Of a stretch of 64,000 bases of DNA, positions 46,993 to 54,743 are shown one piece after another. Origin of the DNA: Acidobacteriota bacterium (GTDB taxonomy: Bacteria > Acidobacteriota > Thermoanaerobaculia > UBA5066 > Gp7-AA6); NCBI GenBank assembly GCA_050257975.1, contig JBLMXY010000058.1, positions 10,274 through 74,273 on the forward strand, given 5' to 3'. How positions within the stretch are numbered: position 1 is the first letter of the stretch; every line of letters begins with the position of its first letter. The position numbers and the translations under genes were made by a program. The notes beneath the pieces were generated by a model. The model did not search any database and had not been told where the DNA came from. It saw nothing but the letters and a program-made list of their open reading frames with translations.

Positions 46993-49230
46993 ATGCACTT
47001 GCGAACCAGGCTCGCCGCCGCCGCGCTCGCCGGTTTTTCTCTCTTGTCCGCGTCCGACGCCTCCTCGCGCGAGAGCGCGCCCGACCCGGCCGCGTGGGAG
47101 GCGGCGCTGCGCGCGATTCCGGATCCGGCGCGCATCCGCGAAGCGAACCGCTCTCTGTCGGCCGAGCCGCATCACCTCGGGTCGCCCTACGGCGCGCGCA
47201 ACGCGCGCTGGATCCTGGAAAGATTCCGTGAATACGGCCTCGAGGCCTCGATCGAGACCTTCCACGTGCTCTTCCCGACGCCCCGTCAGCGGCTGCTCGA
47301 GCTCGTCGAGCCCGTGAGGTTCCGCGCCTCCCTCGCCGAGCCGCCCGTCCCGGGAGATCCGACCTCGGGGCAAACGAGCCTGCAGCTTCCGAGCTACAAC
47401 GCCTACTCGATCGACGGAGACGTGACCGCTCCTCTCGTCTACGTCAACTTCGGCGTGCCGGCCGACTACGAGCGGCTGGCGTCGCTCGGCATCGACGTGA
47501 AGGGAAAGATCGTCATCGCCCGGTACCTCGGAAGCTGGCGCGGCATCAAGCCGAAGGTCGCGGCCGAGCACGGCGCGGTCGGCTGCATCATTTACTCCGA
47601 CCCGCACGAAGACGGCTACTTCGAGGGGGACACTTACCCGAAGGGACCGCTGCGGCCCGAGCAGGGAGTGCAGCGCGGGAGTGTCGCGGACATGCCTCTC
47701 TACTCCGGGGACCCGCTGACTCCCGGTGTGGGCGCCACGAAGGCCGCCTCGAGCTTCGACCTGAAGGACGCCCGGACGCTGACGAAGATCCCGGTCCTGC
47801 CGATCTCCTACTCGGACGCGCGGCCCCTGCTCACGGCACTGGGCGGGCCGGTGGCGCCGGCGGACTGGCGCGGGGCGCTTCCTCTCACCTACCACGTCGG
47901 TCCCGGCCCGGCGAAGGTCCACCTGAAGGTCGCCTTCGACTGGAAGATCGTCGACGCCAACGACGTGATCGCCCGCATCCCGGGCTCGACCTTTCCCGAC
48001 GAGTGGGTCATCCACGGCAATCACCACGACGCCTGGGTCAACGGGTCGCAGGATCCGGTCAGCGGGATGTCCGCGCTTCTCGAGGAGGCGCGCGCGCTCG
48101 GCGAGCTCGTCAAGAAGGGATGGCGGCCGAAGCGGACGATCCTGCTCTGCGCCTGGGACGGCGAGGAGGAAGGTCTCTTCGGATCGACCGAGTGGGCCGA
48201 GACGCACGCGGAGGAGCTGCGGCGCAAGGCCGTCGTCTACATCAACACCGACTCGAACGGGCGCGGATTCCTTTCGGCCGGCGGCTCGCACCTGCTCGAG
48301 CCTTTCGTCAACGCCGTGGCCGAGGCGATCACCGACCCGGAGAAGAAGATCCCGGTCGCCCTGCGCCTGCGCGACAAGATGATCGCGGAGGCCAAATCAG
48401 CCGAGACGCGAAAGGAGCTTCGCGACCGCAGGGCGTTCCGGATCGAAGCCCTGGGGTCCGGCTCGGACTTCACGCCGTTCCTGCAGCACCTCGGCATCGC
48501 CTCGCTGAATCTCGGCTACGGAAGCGAAGGCGCCGACGGCGGCGTCTACCACTCGATCTACGACGACTTCGCCTGGTACACGCGCTTTTCCGACACCGAC
48601 TTCGCCTACGGACGGGCGCTCGCCCAGACGATCGGCACCGCGGTGCTGCGCCTGGCGGACGCCGACCTGCTGCCCTTCGATCCCGTCGCGCTTTCCGACG
48701 CCATCGCGCAGTACGTGAAGGAGGTGCGGGAGCTCGCCGCCGAGAAGCGCGAGGCGTCCGAGGAGCGGTCGATCCAGATCGACGAGGGAGTGCCGCAGGC
48801 GGTGGCGGACCCGCGCGAGCCGTTCGTGCCGCCCCAGAAGGAGGAGGCCGTCCCCTTCTTCGACTTCTCTCCCCTCGAGAACGCGTCCGCGGCCCTGGCC
48901 CGGGCCGCGAAGGAATGTCAGGAAGCGATCTCGGCCTCCGGCTCGAGCGCGTCGGCCGACCGCGCGCGCGTCGCCCGCGTCAACGCGGCCCTGCGCGGGA
49001 TCGAGGGCGCTCTGACGCGCGAGGAAGGCCTGCCCGGCCGGCCCTGGTACCGGCACTACGTCTACGCTCCCGGGTTCTACACGGGTTACTCCGTCAAGAC
49101 GTTGCCTGCCGTTCGCGAGGCGATCGAACAGAAGCAGTGGAGCAGCGTGAACCGGCAGATCGCCGCCACGGCGGAGGCGCTCGCCAGAGCCGCGGCGAAG
49201 GTGAACGAGGCGACGGCTGCCCTGAAGTGA
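46993..49230 (+). CDS. M28-family peptidase of the glutamate carboxypeptidase II / transferrin-receptor-like type (PA domain + M28 + dimerisation domain)
   Basis: ORF 46975..49230. Signal MHLRTRLAAAALAGFSLLSA. Motifs GKIVIARYLGSWRGIKPKVAAEHGAVGCIIYSDP, HGNHHDAWVNGSQDPVSG, CAWDGEEEGLFGSTEW, GSGSDFTPFL, YHSIYD. Confidence 0.88.
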   Translation: MHLRTRLAAAALAGFSLLSASDASSRESAPDPAAWEAALRAIPDPARIREANRSLSAEPHHLGSPYGARNARWILERFREYGLEASIETFHVLFPTPRQRLLELVEPVRFRASLAEPPVPGDPTSGQTSLQLPSYNAYSIDGDVTAPLVYVNFGVPADYERLASLGIDVKGKIVIARYLGSWRGIKPKVAAEHGAVGCIIYSDPHEDGYFEGDTYPKGPLRPEQGVQRGSVADMPLYSGDPLTPGVGATKAASSFDLKDARTLTKIPVLPISYSDARPLLTALGGPVAPADWRGALPLTYHVGPGPAKVHLKVAFDWKIVDANDVIARIPGSTFPDEWVIHGNHHDAWVNGSQDPVSGMSALLEEARALGELVKKGWRPKRTILLCAWDGEEEGLFGSTEWAETHAEELRRKAVVYINTDSNGRGFLSAGGSHLLEPFVNAVAEAITDPEKKIPVALRLRDKMIAEAKSAETRKELRDRRAFRIEALGSGSDFTPFLQHLGIASLNLGYGSEGADGGVYHSIYDDFAWYTRFSDTDFAYGRALAQTIGTAVLRLADADLLPFDPVALSDAIAQYVKEVRELAAEKREASEERSIQIDEGVPQAVADPREPFVPPQKEEAVPFFDFSPLENASAALARAAKECQEAISASGSSASADRARVARVNAALRGIEGALTREEGLPGRPWYRHYVYAPGFYTGYSVKTLPAVREAIEQKQWSSVNRQIAATAEALARAAAKVNEATAALK

Positions 49231-49238
49231 GCCGCTGT

Positions 49239-49300
49239 TGGGTGATCGGTGCTCGGCGTCCGGCCTTCCCGAGCACCGGACGCCGAACACCGGACACCGG
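49239..49300. repeat. inverted arrays of tandem heptamers (TSGGYGY x4 ... GRRCRCC x4) forming a hairpin between convergent genes
   Basis: TGGGTGA TCGGTGC TCGGCGT CCGGCCT ... GAGCACC GGACGCC GAACACC GGACACC GG. The left arm GGTGATCGGTGCTCGGCGTCCGG is complementary to CCGGACGCCGAACACCGGACACC at 19 of 23 positions by eye. Confidence 0.8.
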
Positions 49301-49807
49301 CTACGGCGCCACCTTCCCCGCTCGCACCTTCTCGTAGATTTCCTGGCTGTCGGTCCTGCCTTGCGCGACGGCGCAGGTGCCGTCGCAGCGGGCGGTGACC
49401 TCGCCCGCGCCGTCCGTGATCTCGGCCGCGGCGAAGATCAGGTTCATTCCGGGGCGCACGAGGCGAGCCTCGGCCGCGACACGGGAGCCCCGGGTGGGGC
49501 GAAAGAAGGTCATCGCCAGATTGACCGTGGCCGACCGCGTTTCGGGGCGAGTCAACCAGCCGACCGTGCCGATCACCAGATCGAAGAGGCCCGCCAGCAC
49601 GACCCCGTTGACCGCGTCGGTCCCCATGCCGCCTCGATGAAACGGCAGCACCGGGTCGATCACGGCGCGCACGCGGTCGATCCGAGTGAACTCGAGGCGC
49701 GCTCCGAGGTGCTTCATCGGGGGGCCGGCGTTCCAGATGTCGGCCAGCCTGCCAAGCGCCTCGAGCGTCCCGTAGGCCGGGGAGAAGGGCTTGCCCTCGA
49801 GGCTCAT
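49301..49807 (-). CDS. PaaI/hotdog-fold thioesterase
   Basis: 168 aa. PFHRGGMGTDAVNGVVLAGLFDLVIG and AEARLVRPGMNLIFAAAEITDGAGEVTA are typical of the 4HBT/PaaI family. Confidence 0.75.
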   Translation of the reverse strand: MSLEGKPFSPAYGTLEALGRLADIWNAGPPMKHLGARLEFTRIDRVRAVIDPVLPFHRGGMGTDAVNGVVLAGLFDLVIGTVGWLTRPETRSATVNLAMTFFRPTRGSRVAAEARLVRPGMNLIFAAAEITDGAGEVTARCDGTCAVAQGRTDSQEIYEKVRAGKVAP

Positions 49808-49879
49808 CGGCCGGAATTCTCTCCCGGGAGCCTTCGTCCTCCAAGGAAACCGGACAGCGCCACCCCCGAGTTTGCTAGG

Positions 49880-50320
49880 ATGCGCGCCTCAAACGACGAC
49901 GATAAGGAGTCTCTCGTGGCAAGACGCAGAAGGACGGCCCTTCCCAAGATCACGGCGGAGCAGGCGCAGCAGGCGCTTCACATCATGGTGCAGGACGGCC
50001 GCATCGCCGTCCGCGACGTTTCCAAGGCGCTCGCGCGGCGGGAGAAGCTCGTCCGAGAGCTGCGAAGCCGCCTCTCGGCCCTCGGCGACGACGTCGCGGG
50101 AGCCGTCAATCGCGCAGTTCCAGGGAAGACCCGCAGGGCGCTCCGCCGCGGCGCGCGCAAGGCGATCACGGAGGCGCAGCGCACGGCGCGCCGGGCTCAG
50201 GGCCAGTACCTGGCTGCGATCCGCAGGCTCTCCAAGGCCTCTCGCGCGAAGGTCCGGGAGGTCCGCAAGAGCTCGGGCGTCAAGGCCGCGATCGCCGCCG
50301 CCAAGAAGCTCGCCTCTTAG
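49880..50320 (+). CDS. small basic hypothetical protein (Lys/Arg/Ala-rich C-terminus, possibly nucleic-acid binding)
   Basis: ORF 49238..50320 trimmed to ATG 49880 (MRASNDDDKESLVARRRRTALPKITAEQAQQALHIMVQDGRIAV...KSSGVKAAIAAAKKLAS). Confidence 0.5.
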   Translation: MRASNDDDKESLVARRRRTALPKITAEQAQQALHIMVQDGRIAVRDVSKALARREKLVRELRSRLSALGDDVAGAVNRAVPGKTRRALRRGARKAITEAQRTARRAQGQYLAAIRRLSKASRAKVREVRKSSGVKAAIAAAKKLAS

Positions 50321-50541
50321 GGTTCGAGAGCCCGCGGATTCTCTCGAGCGGGCCCGAGAGTGCCTTCTGACCGGAGGCCGGGCGCTCTCTCCTTGAGCTC
50401 TTCCACCAGATGGAGGACAGAGAGCAAGCGCTTGCAACTGTAGATGGAGGACTTCTCATCGGGCGTCAGACGTCCAGAACACCTCGTCCAGACGCGGATC
50501 GTTCGCGGGCGACCGCGCCGCGATTCCCCGCAGCTGCTAAG

Positions 50542-51432
50542 ATGCCTTCCAAAGACCTCAGAGTGCCTGTTGCCAACGATCCGCCGCTCTCGCACGGACA
50601 GCGTCTGCGCGAAGAGGTCGAGCGTCGTCAGACGCTGCCCTTCATCGGGGTCTACGACGCCTATTCCGCGTCTCTCGCGGCGCGGCAGTTCAACGCGCTG
50701 TTCTTGAGCGGCTTCAGCTTTTCGGCCAGCTACTACGGGCTGCCCGACGAGGGGTACATCGCGTGGCCGGACGTGGCGCAGTGCGCCCAGCGGATCCGGG
50801 CGGTCTTGCCCGAAGCGCACCTGCTCGTTGACATGGATGACGGATACGGAGACGCCGGAGTGGCGGCGCACGCCGCGGCAACGCTCGAGGCCGCCGGGGC
50901 CTCGGGCGTCGTCTTCGAGGACCAGCTTCGGCCCAAGAAGTGCGGCCACCTGGATGGAAAGCAGGTCGTCGAGCTCGAGACCTACCTCGACAAGCTCGAT
51001 CGGGTGCTTTCCGCCCGGAGCGACTTGTTCGTCGTCGCGCGAACGGACGCCACCGCTCCGGAGGAGCGGCTTCGGCGCTCCGCGGCGTTCGACCGCGCGG
51101 GCGCGGACGCGATTCTCGTCGACGGAATCGAAGACCTCGCCTTCCTCCGCGAGCTGCGGAGCCGGGTGAAAGCGCCGGTCGCCTTCAACCAGATTGCCGG
51201 CGGAAAGTCTCCGTCCCGCAGCTGGACCGAGCTGCGCGAGGCCGGGGTCTCCATCGTCATCTACAGCACCCCGTGCCTCTTCGCCGCTCATCAGGCAATC
51301 GATCAGGCGCTCGGCGACCTGGGGCGCGAGGACGGCCGCCTCCAGGACCCCGTGCCTCCGCGGGTGGGCCTCTCGGCCGCGAACGATCATCTCCACGCAA
51401 ACCTCGCCGGGCGATCCCGGGGACGGTCGTAG
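50542..51432 (+). CDS. isocitrate lyase / PEP mutase superfamily enzyme (lyase-type KKCGH motif)
   Basis: ORF 50410..51432 trimmed to ATG 50542. Motifs FIGVYDAYSA, DMDDGYGD, VVFEDQLRPKKCGHLDGKQVV, VVARTDA, ADAILVDG. Confidence 0.85.
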   Translation: MPSKDLRVPVANDPPLSHGQRLREEVERRQTLPFIGVYDAYSASLAARQFNALFLSGFSFSASYYGLPDEGYIAWPDVAQCAQRIRAVLPEAHLLVDMDDGYGDAGVAAHAAATLEAAGASGVVFEDQLRPKKCGHLDGKQVVELETYLDKLDRVLSARSDLFVVARTDATAPEERLRRSAAFDRAGADAILVDGIEDLAFLRELRSRVKAPVAFNQIAGGKSPSRSWTELREAGVSIVIYSTPCLFAAHQAIDQALGDLGREDGRLQDPVPPRVGLSAANDHLHANLAGRSRGRS

Positions 51433-51455
51433 CGCGGGCCGCATTTCATCGCTCC

Positions 51456-52982
51456 ATGTTTCTCGCGCCGAGCCCGGGTCCTCTGTCGGAACCGCTCACC
51501 GGGCGCCGCTGGGATCCGGCGCAGATCGAGAGCCAGGTTGCGCGGCGGGCCGCCGCGTTTCGCGCGCGCGGGGTCGCTCCCGGGGAGCGGGTCTTTCTGG
51601 GCTTCGGCAACCGGCTCGAGTTCTTCGGAGACCTGCTCGCGATCTGGCGCATCGGGGCATGCGCGGTCCCGCTCGATGCGCGGCTGACGCCGTTCGAGAT
51701 CGAGACGCTGGCTCAGGCGGCCAGACCAGGAGCGTACGTCGCTCCCGGCGAACTCGACGCGCGGCTCGCCGCGGCCCTTCGCGGCCTCGGCGCCGTGCTG
51801 TTCGACTCTCTCGAAGTCGGAGATCTCTCGAGTTCCGAGCCGGGCGCCGCTGGCGCGTTTTCCCTGGAAGACGACGCGCTCATCCTTTTCACGTCGGGAA
51901 CCACGGGGAACCCCAAGGGGGTGGTCCACACCCACCGCACGTTGCGGGCCCGCTGGGTCACCCTGCGGCAGAGCCTCGGGCTCGAGAAGCACCGGCGGTC
52001 GCTCTGCCTGCTTCCGACCCACTTCGGCCACGGACTCATCTGTAACTCCCTCTTCCCCTGGCTTTCGGGCCAGGAGCTGTTCATCCTTCCTCCCTTCTCC
52101 TCCGAGGTCGTCATGCACCTGGGCGAGATCGTCGACGAGAACGGCATCACCTTTCTTTCCTCGGTCCCCTCGGTCTGGCGGCTTGCGCTCAAGCTCGCGC
52201 GGCCGCCTCGCGCGGGGTCGCTCGAGCGCGTGTTCGTGGGCTCCGCGCCGCTTTCCGCCCACCTCTGGCGGCAGATCCAGGAGTGGTCCGGCACCCGCGA
52301 GGTCTGCAACGCCTACGGCATCACGGAGACTGGAAGCTGGACGGCCGGAACGACGATTCCGGACTTCGAGCCGGAGGACGGACTGATCGGCGTTCCCTGG
52401 GGCGCGGTCGTGGCCGTCACCAGGGGCGGCGCCGTCGAGGAGCCGCCCGGGATCGGGGCTCCGGCCGGGCCGGGTGACACGGGATTCGTCTGGCTCAACA
52501 CGCCGGCTCTCATGAAGGGCTACCTCGGCCGGGACGACCTGACCGCCCGAAGCGTGCGCGCCGGATGGTTCCTCACCGGGGACCTCGGCTACCTCGACGC
52601 CCGCGGTCACCTGTACCTGCGAGGCCGCGTGCGGGACGAGATCAACAAGGGAGGCGCCAAGATCTATCCTGCCGACATCGAGTCGGTCGCCGAACGGTTC
52701 GCCGGTGTGGCCGACTGCTGCTGCTTTCCCATCGAGGATCCCCTCTACGGACAGAACGTGGCCCTCGCCCTCGTGATGCCCGGACAAACGCCCGCCAGCA
52801 TCCGGGGCCTACACGCCTGGCTCAAGAGGCACCTGGCCGAGCACCAGATGCCGGTGCGCTGGTACCGGTTGGACGAGCTGCCGCGAACCTCGCGGGGCAA
52901 GATCAATCGGGACCAGATCGCCGCCGCCTGCCAGGGCCTCTCGCCGCTGGATCTGCGAGCGATTCTGGCCGCGGCTCCATGA
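51456..52982 (+). CDS. adenylate-forming enzyme (AMP-dependent synthetase/ligase, DltA-like position)
   Basis: ORF 50940..52982 trimmed to ATG 51456. Motifs ILFTSGTTGNPKGVVHTH, NAYGITETG, GDLGYLDARGHLYLRGRVRDEINKGGAKIYPADIE, PRTSRGKINR. Confidence 0.88.
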   Translation: MFLAPSPGPLSEPLTGRRWDPAQIESQVARRAAAFRARGVAPGERVFLGFGNRLEFFGDLLAIWRIGACAVPLDARLTPFEIETLAQAARPGAYVAPGELDARLAAALRGLGAVLFDSLEVGDLSSSEPGAAGAFSLEDDALILFTSGTTGNPKGVVHTHRTLRARWVTLRQSLGLEKHRRSLCLLPTHFGHGLICNSLFPWLSGQELFILPPFSSEVVMHLGEIVDENGITFLSSVPSVWRLALKLARPPRAGSLERVFVGSAPLSAHLWRQIQEWSGTREVCNAYGITETGSWTAGTTIPDFEPEDGLIGVPWGAVVAVTRGGAVEEPPGIGAPAGPGDTGFVWLNTPALMKGYLGRDDLTARSVRAGWFLTGDLGYLDARGHLYLRGRVRDEINKGGAKIYPADIESVAERFAGVADCCCFPIEDPLYGQNVALALVMPGQTPASIRGLHAWLKRHLAEHQMPVRWYRLDELPRTSRGKINRDQIAAACQGLSPLDLRAILAAAP

Positions 52983-53233
52983 GCCGCGCCGGCAACCGGG
53001 AGCGCCTGCTCCGTTTTCTGGACGGCATCCGCCGGCCGGACCGGCGGCTTTCGGAGATCGAAGAGGGTGAGAACCTCGTGCAATCGGGCCTGATCGATTC
53101 GCTCGCCCTGCTCGAGATCGTCTCGTTTCTCGAATCGGAGTTCGGCGTCGATTTCTCCTCCACTGGCCTCGATCCCGGACGCCTGACGACGATCCCCAGC
53201 ATCCTCGACCTGATCGAAACCGAGACGGGATGA
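52979..53233 (+). CDS. acyl/aminoacyl carrier protein (phosphopantetheine site in LIDSLALLE; DltC-like position)
   Basis: Last 84 codons of ORF 52565..53233 from ATG 52979 (ATGA overlap with the ligase stop): ...NLVQSGLIDSLALLEIVSFLESEFGVDF... Confidence 0.8.
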   Translation: MSRAGNRERLLRFLDGIRRPDRRLSEIEEGENLVQSGLIDSLALLEIVSFLESEFGVDFSSTGLDPGRLTTIPSILDLIETETG

Positions 53234-54696
53234 CGGCGCCGACGGGGCTTCGCCGAATCCTCTCGTGGCACGAAGACCCCTGGCTCCAGGCACGGGCCGC
53301 GACGACTCTCGGCCGTTTCACCGTGTGGTGCGCGGCGGCGGGACTCCTGCCGGACAAATGGCGGCTCCCCGTCCTGCCGTTTCTGGCGCTCGCTCAGTTC
53401 TTCCCGGGCAGGCGCATCGAACTCCTGGCGATCGGATCGCTCTGGGTTCTCTTCGACCGCCTCCCATTATCGGTTCGGGCGCTCGGGCCGGTCCGGGCGC
53501 TGCCGGGAATGCTCCTCGTCCTGGCGGTCCCGGCGACGGTGTTCCTCGCCGCCCGAAGTTTCGGCAGGCTGCCGCCCTGGGTTCGGCGGTATCCCGACGT
53601 GATCCTGCATGTCCTGCTCTGGGGGGGCGCCGGACTGGCGTACGCGCTTCCGGCGGCCGTTGCCCTCCGCCCGGGCTCGCTCCCATGGGTCCTCGTTCGG
53701 AGCCTGCAACGGCTGCTCCCCTTCCTCGTCTGGCGATGCGGCTATGTGATGCTCTCCGGAAAGCGGGGCACGGCGCAGAAGAGCCGATTCCGCGATCACC
53801 TCTTCTACTGCCTTCCTCTCTGGGGCGGGACCCTGACTCCCTTCGGGAAGGGATACGACTATCTCCGGCAAAACCGCGCGGAGGCTCGCGATCAGATCGC
53901 GGCGGCGCAACTGTCCGGGGTCAAGCTCCTCGCGCTGTCCTGGATCTGGACCGGAGCGGGCATGCTGCTTGCCGCGGCGGTCTTCGGGAAGCCGGCCGGC
54001 CCGTTGAGCGCCCTTCTGGGCGAGCGGCATCTTGCGGTGCCGCGCCTCGCCGAGGCGATCGCCGCGGGAGGCGCGCTGCCACTGACCCTGACGACGCGCT
54101 GGGCCGCCGTCGTCTGCGAGCTGCTCTTCCGGACCGCGGAGCTGGCGGCGTCGGGGCACGTCATCATCGGGATCCTGCGTCTCTTCGGATTCCGCGTCTT
54201 CCGCAACACCTACAAGCCCCTGCTCGCGGCCTCGCTCGTAGACTTCTGGAATCGCTTCTACTATTACTTCAAGGAGCTCCTGGTCGAGTTCTTCTTCTTC
54301 CCTGTCTACGTCAGCTCATTCAAGCGCCATCCGCGTCTGCGCATCTTCGCCGCCACGATGGCGGCCGCGGCATTCGGCAACCTCTACTTTCACCTCCTGC
54401 GGGACTTCGGGCAGATGCTCCTCGTGCCTCGCGAGGTCGCCGCCTCGCGCGTGGGAAGCCGTCTCTTCTACTCGGTTCTTCTCGGCGTCGGCATCTTCGT
54501 CTCGATGCTGCGCGAACGCCGGAGGCGGGGAGGCGCGGCGCGGCCGCGCGGCGTGTGGCCGGCGCTCGGACGCATCCGCGCGATCGCGGGAGTCTGGCTC
54601 TTCTATTCCTTGATCCGCGTCTGGAGCGTCGAGCCGGTCTCGCTCGGCTTCTGGCAGCGAAGCCGCTTCTTCCTGTCGCTCTGGGGGCTGACGTGA
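53230..54696 (+). CDS. polytopic MBOAT-like membrane protein (DltB/AlgI-like position), with the canonical His replaced
   Basis: 488 aa with many hydrophobic segments. The segment GHVIIGILRLFGFRVFRNTYKPLLAASLVDFWNRFYYYFKELLVEFFFFPVY parallels the MBOAT core (...G..lpeNF..P..a.s..eFWrRWH.sL..w.rdY.Y.P), but RWH reads RFY. ATGA overlap with the carrier-protein stop. Confidence 0.65.
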   Translation: MTAPTGLRRILSWHEDPWLQARAATTLGRFTVWCAAAGLLPDKWRLPVLPFLALAQFFPGRRIELLAIGSLWVLFDRLPLSVRALGPVRALPGMLLVLAVPATVFLAARSFGRLPPWVRRYPDVILHVLLWGGAGLAYALPAAVALRPGSLPWVLVRSLQRLLPFLVWRCGYVMLSGKRGTAQKSRFRDHLFYCLPLWGGTLTPFGKGYDYLRQNRAEARDQIAAAQLSGVKLLALSWIWTGAGMLLAAAVFGKPAGPLSALLGERHLAVPRLAEAIAAGGALPLTLTTRWAAVVCELLFRTAELAASGHVIIGILRLFGFRVFRNTYKPLLAASLVDFWNRFYYYFKELLVEFFFFPVYVSSFKRHPRLRIFAATMAAAAFGNLYFHLLRDFGQMLLVPREVAASRVGSRLFYSVLLGVGIFVSMLRERRRRGGAARPRGVWPALGRIRAIAGVWLFYSLIRVWSVEPVSLGFWQRSRFFLSLWGLT

Positions 54697-54743
54697 GCGC
54701 CCGCTGATACCGAGAAGGCGCAAACGGCGCGCCGTCCTCACCC

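Noticed and set aside
50321-50400. GC hairpin GAGAGCCCGC...GCGGGCCCGAGAG after the small basic-protein gene as a terminator
   Set aside because: The stem is imperfect and no T-tract follows. Hairpins of this quality are common in GC-rich DNA. It is not reported as a feature.
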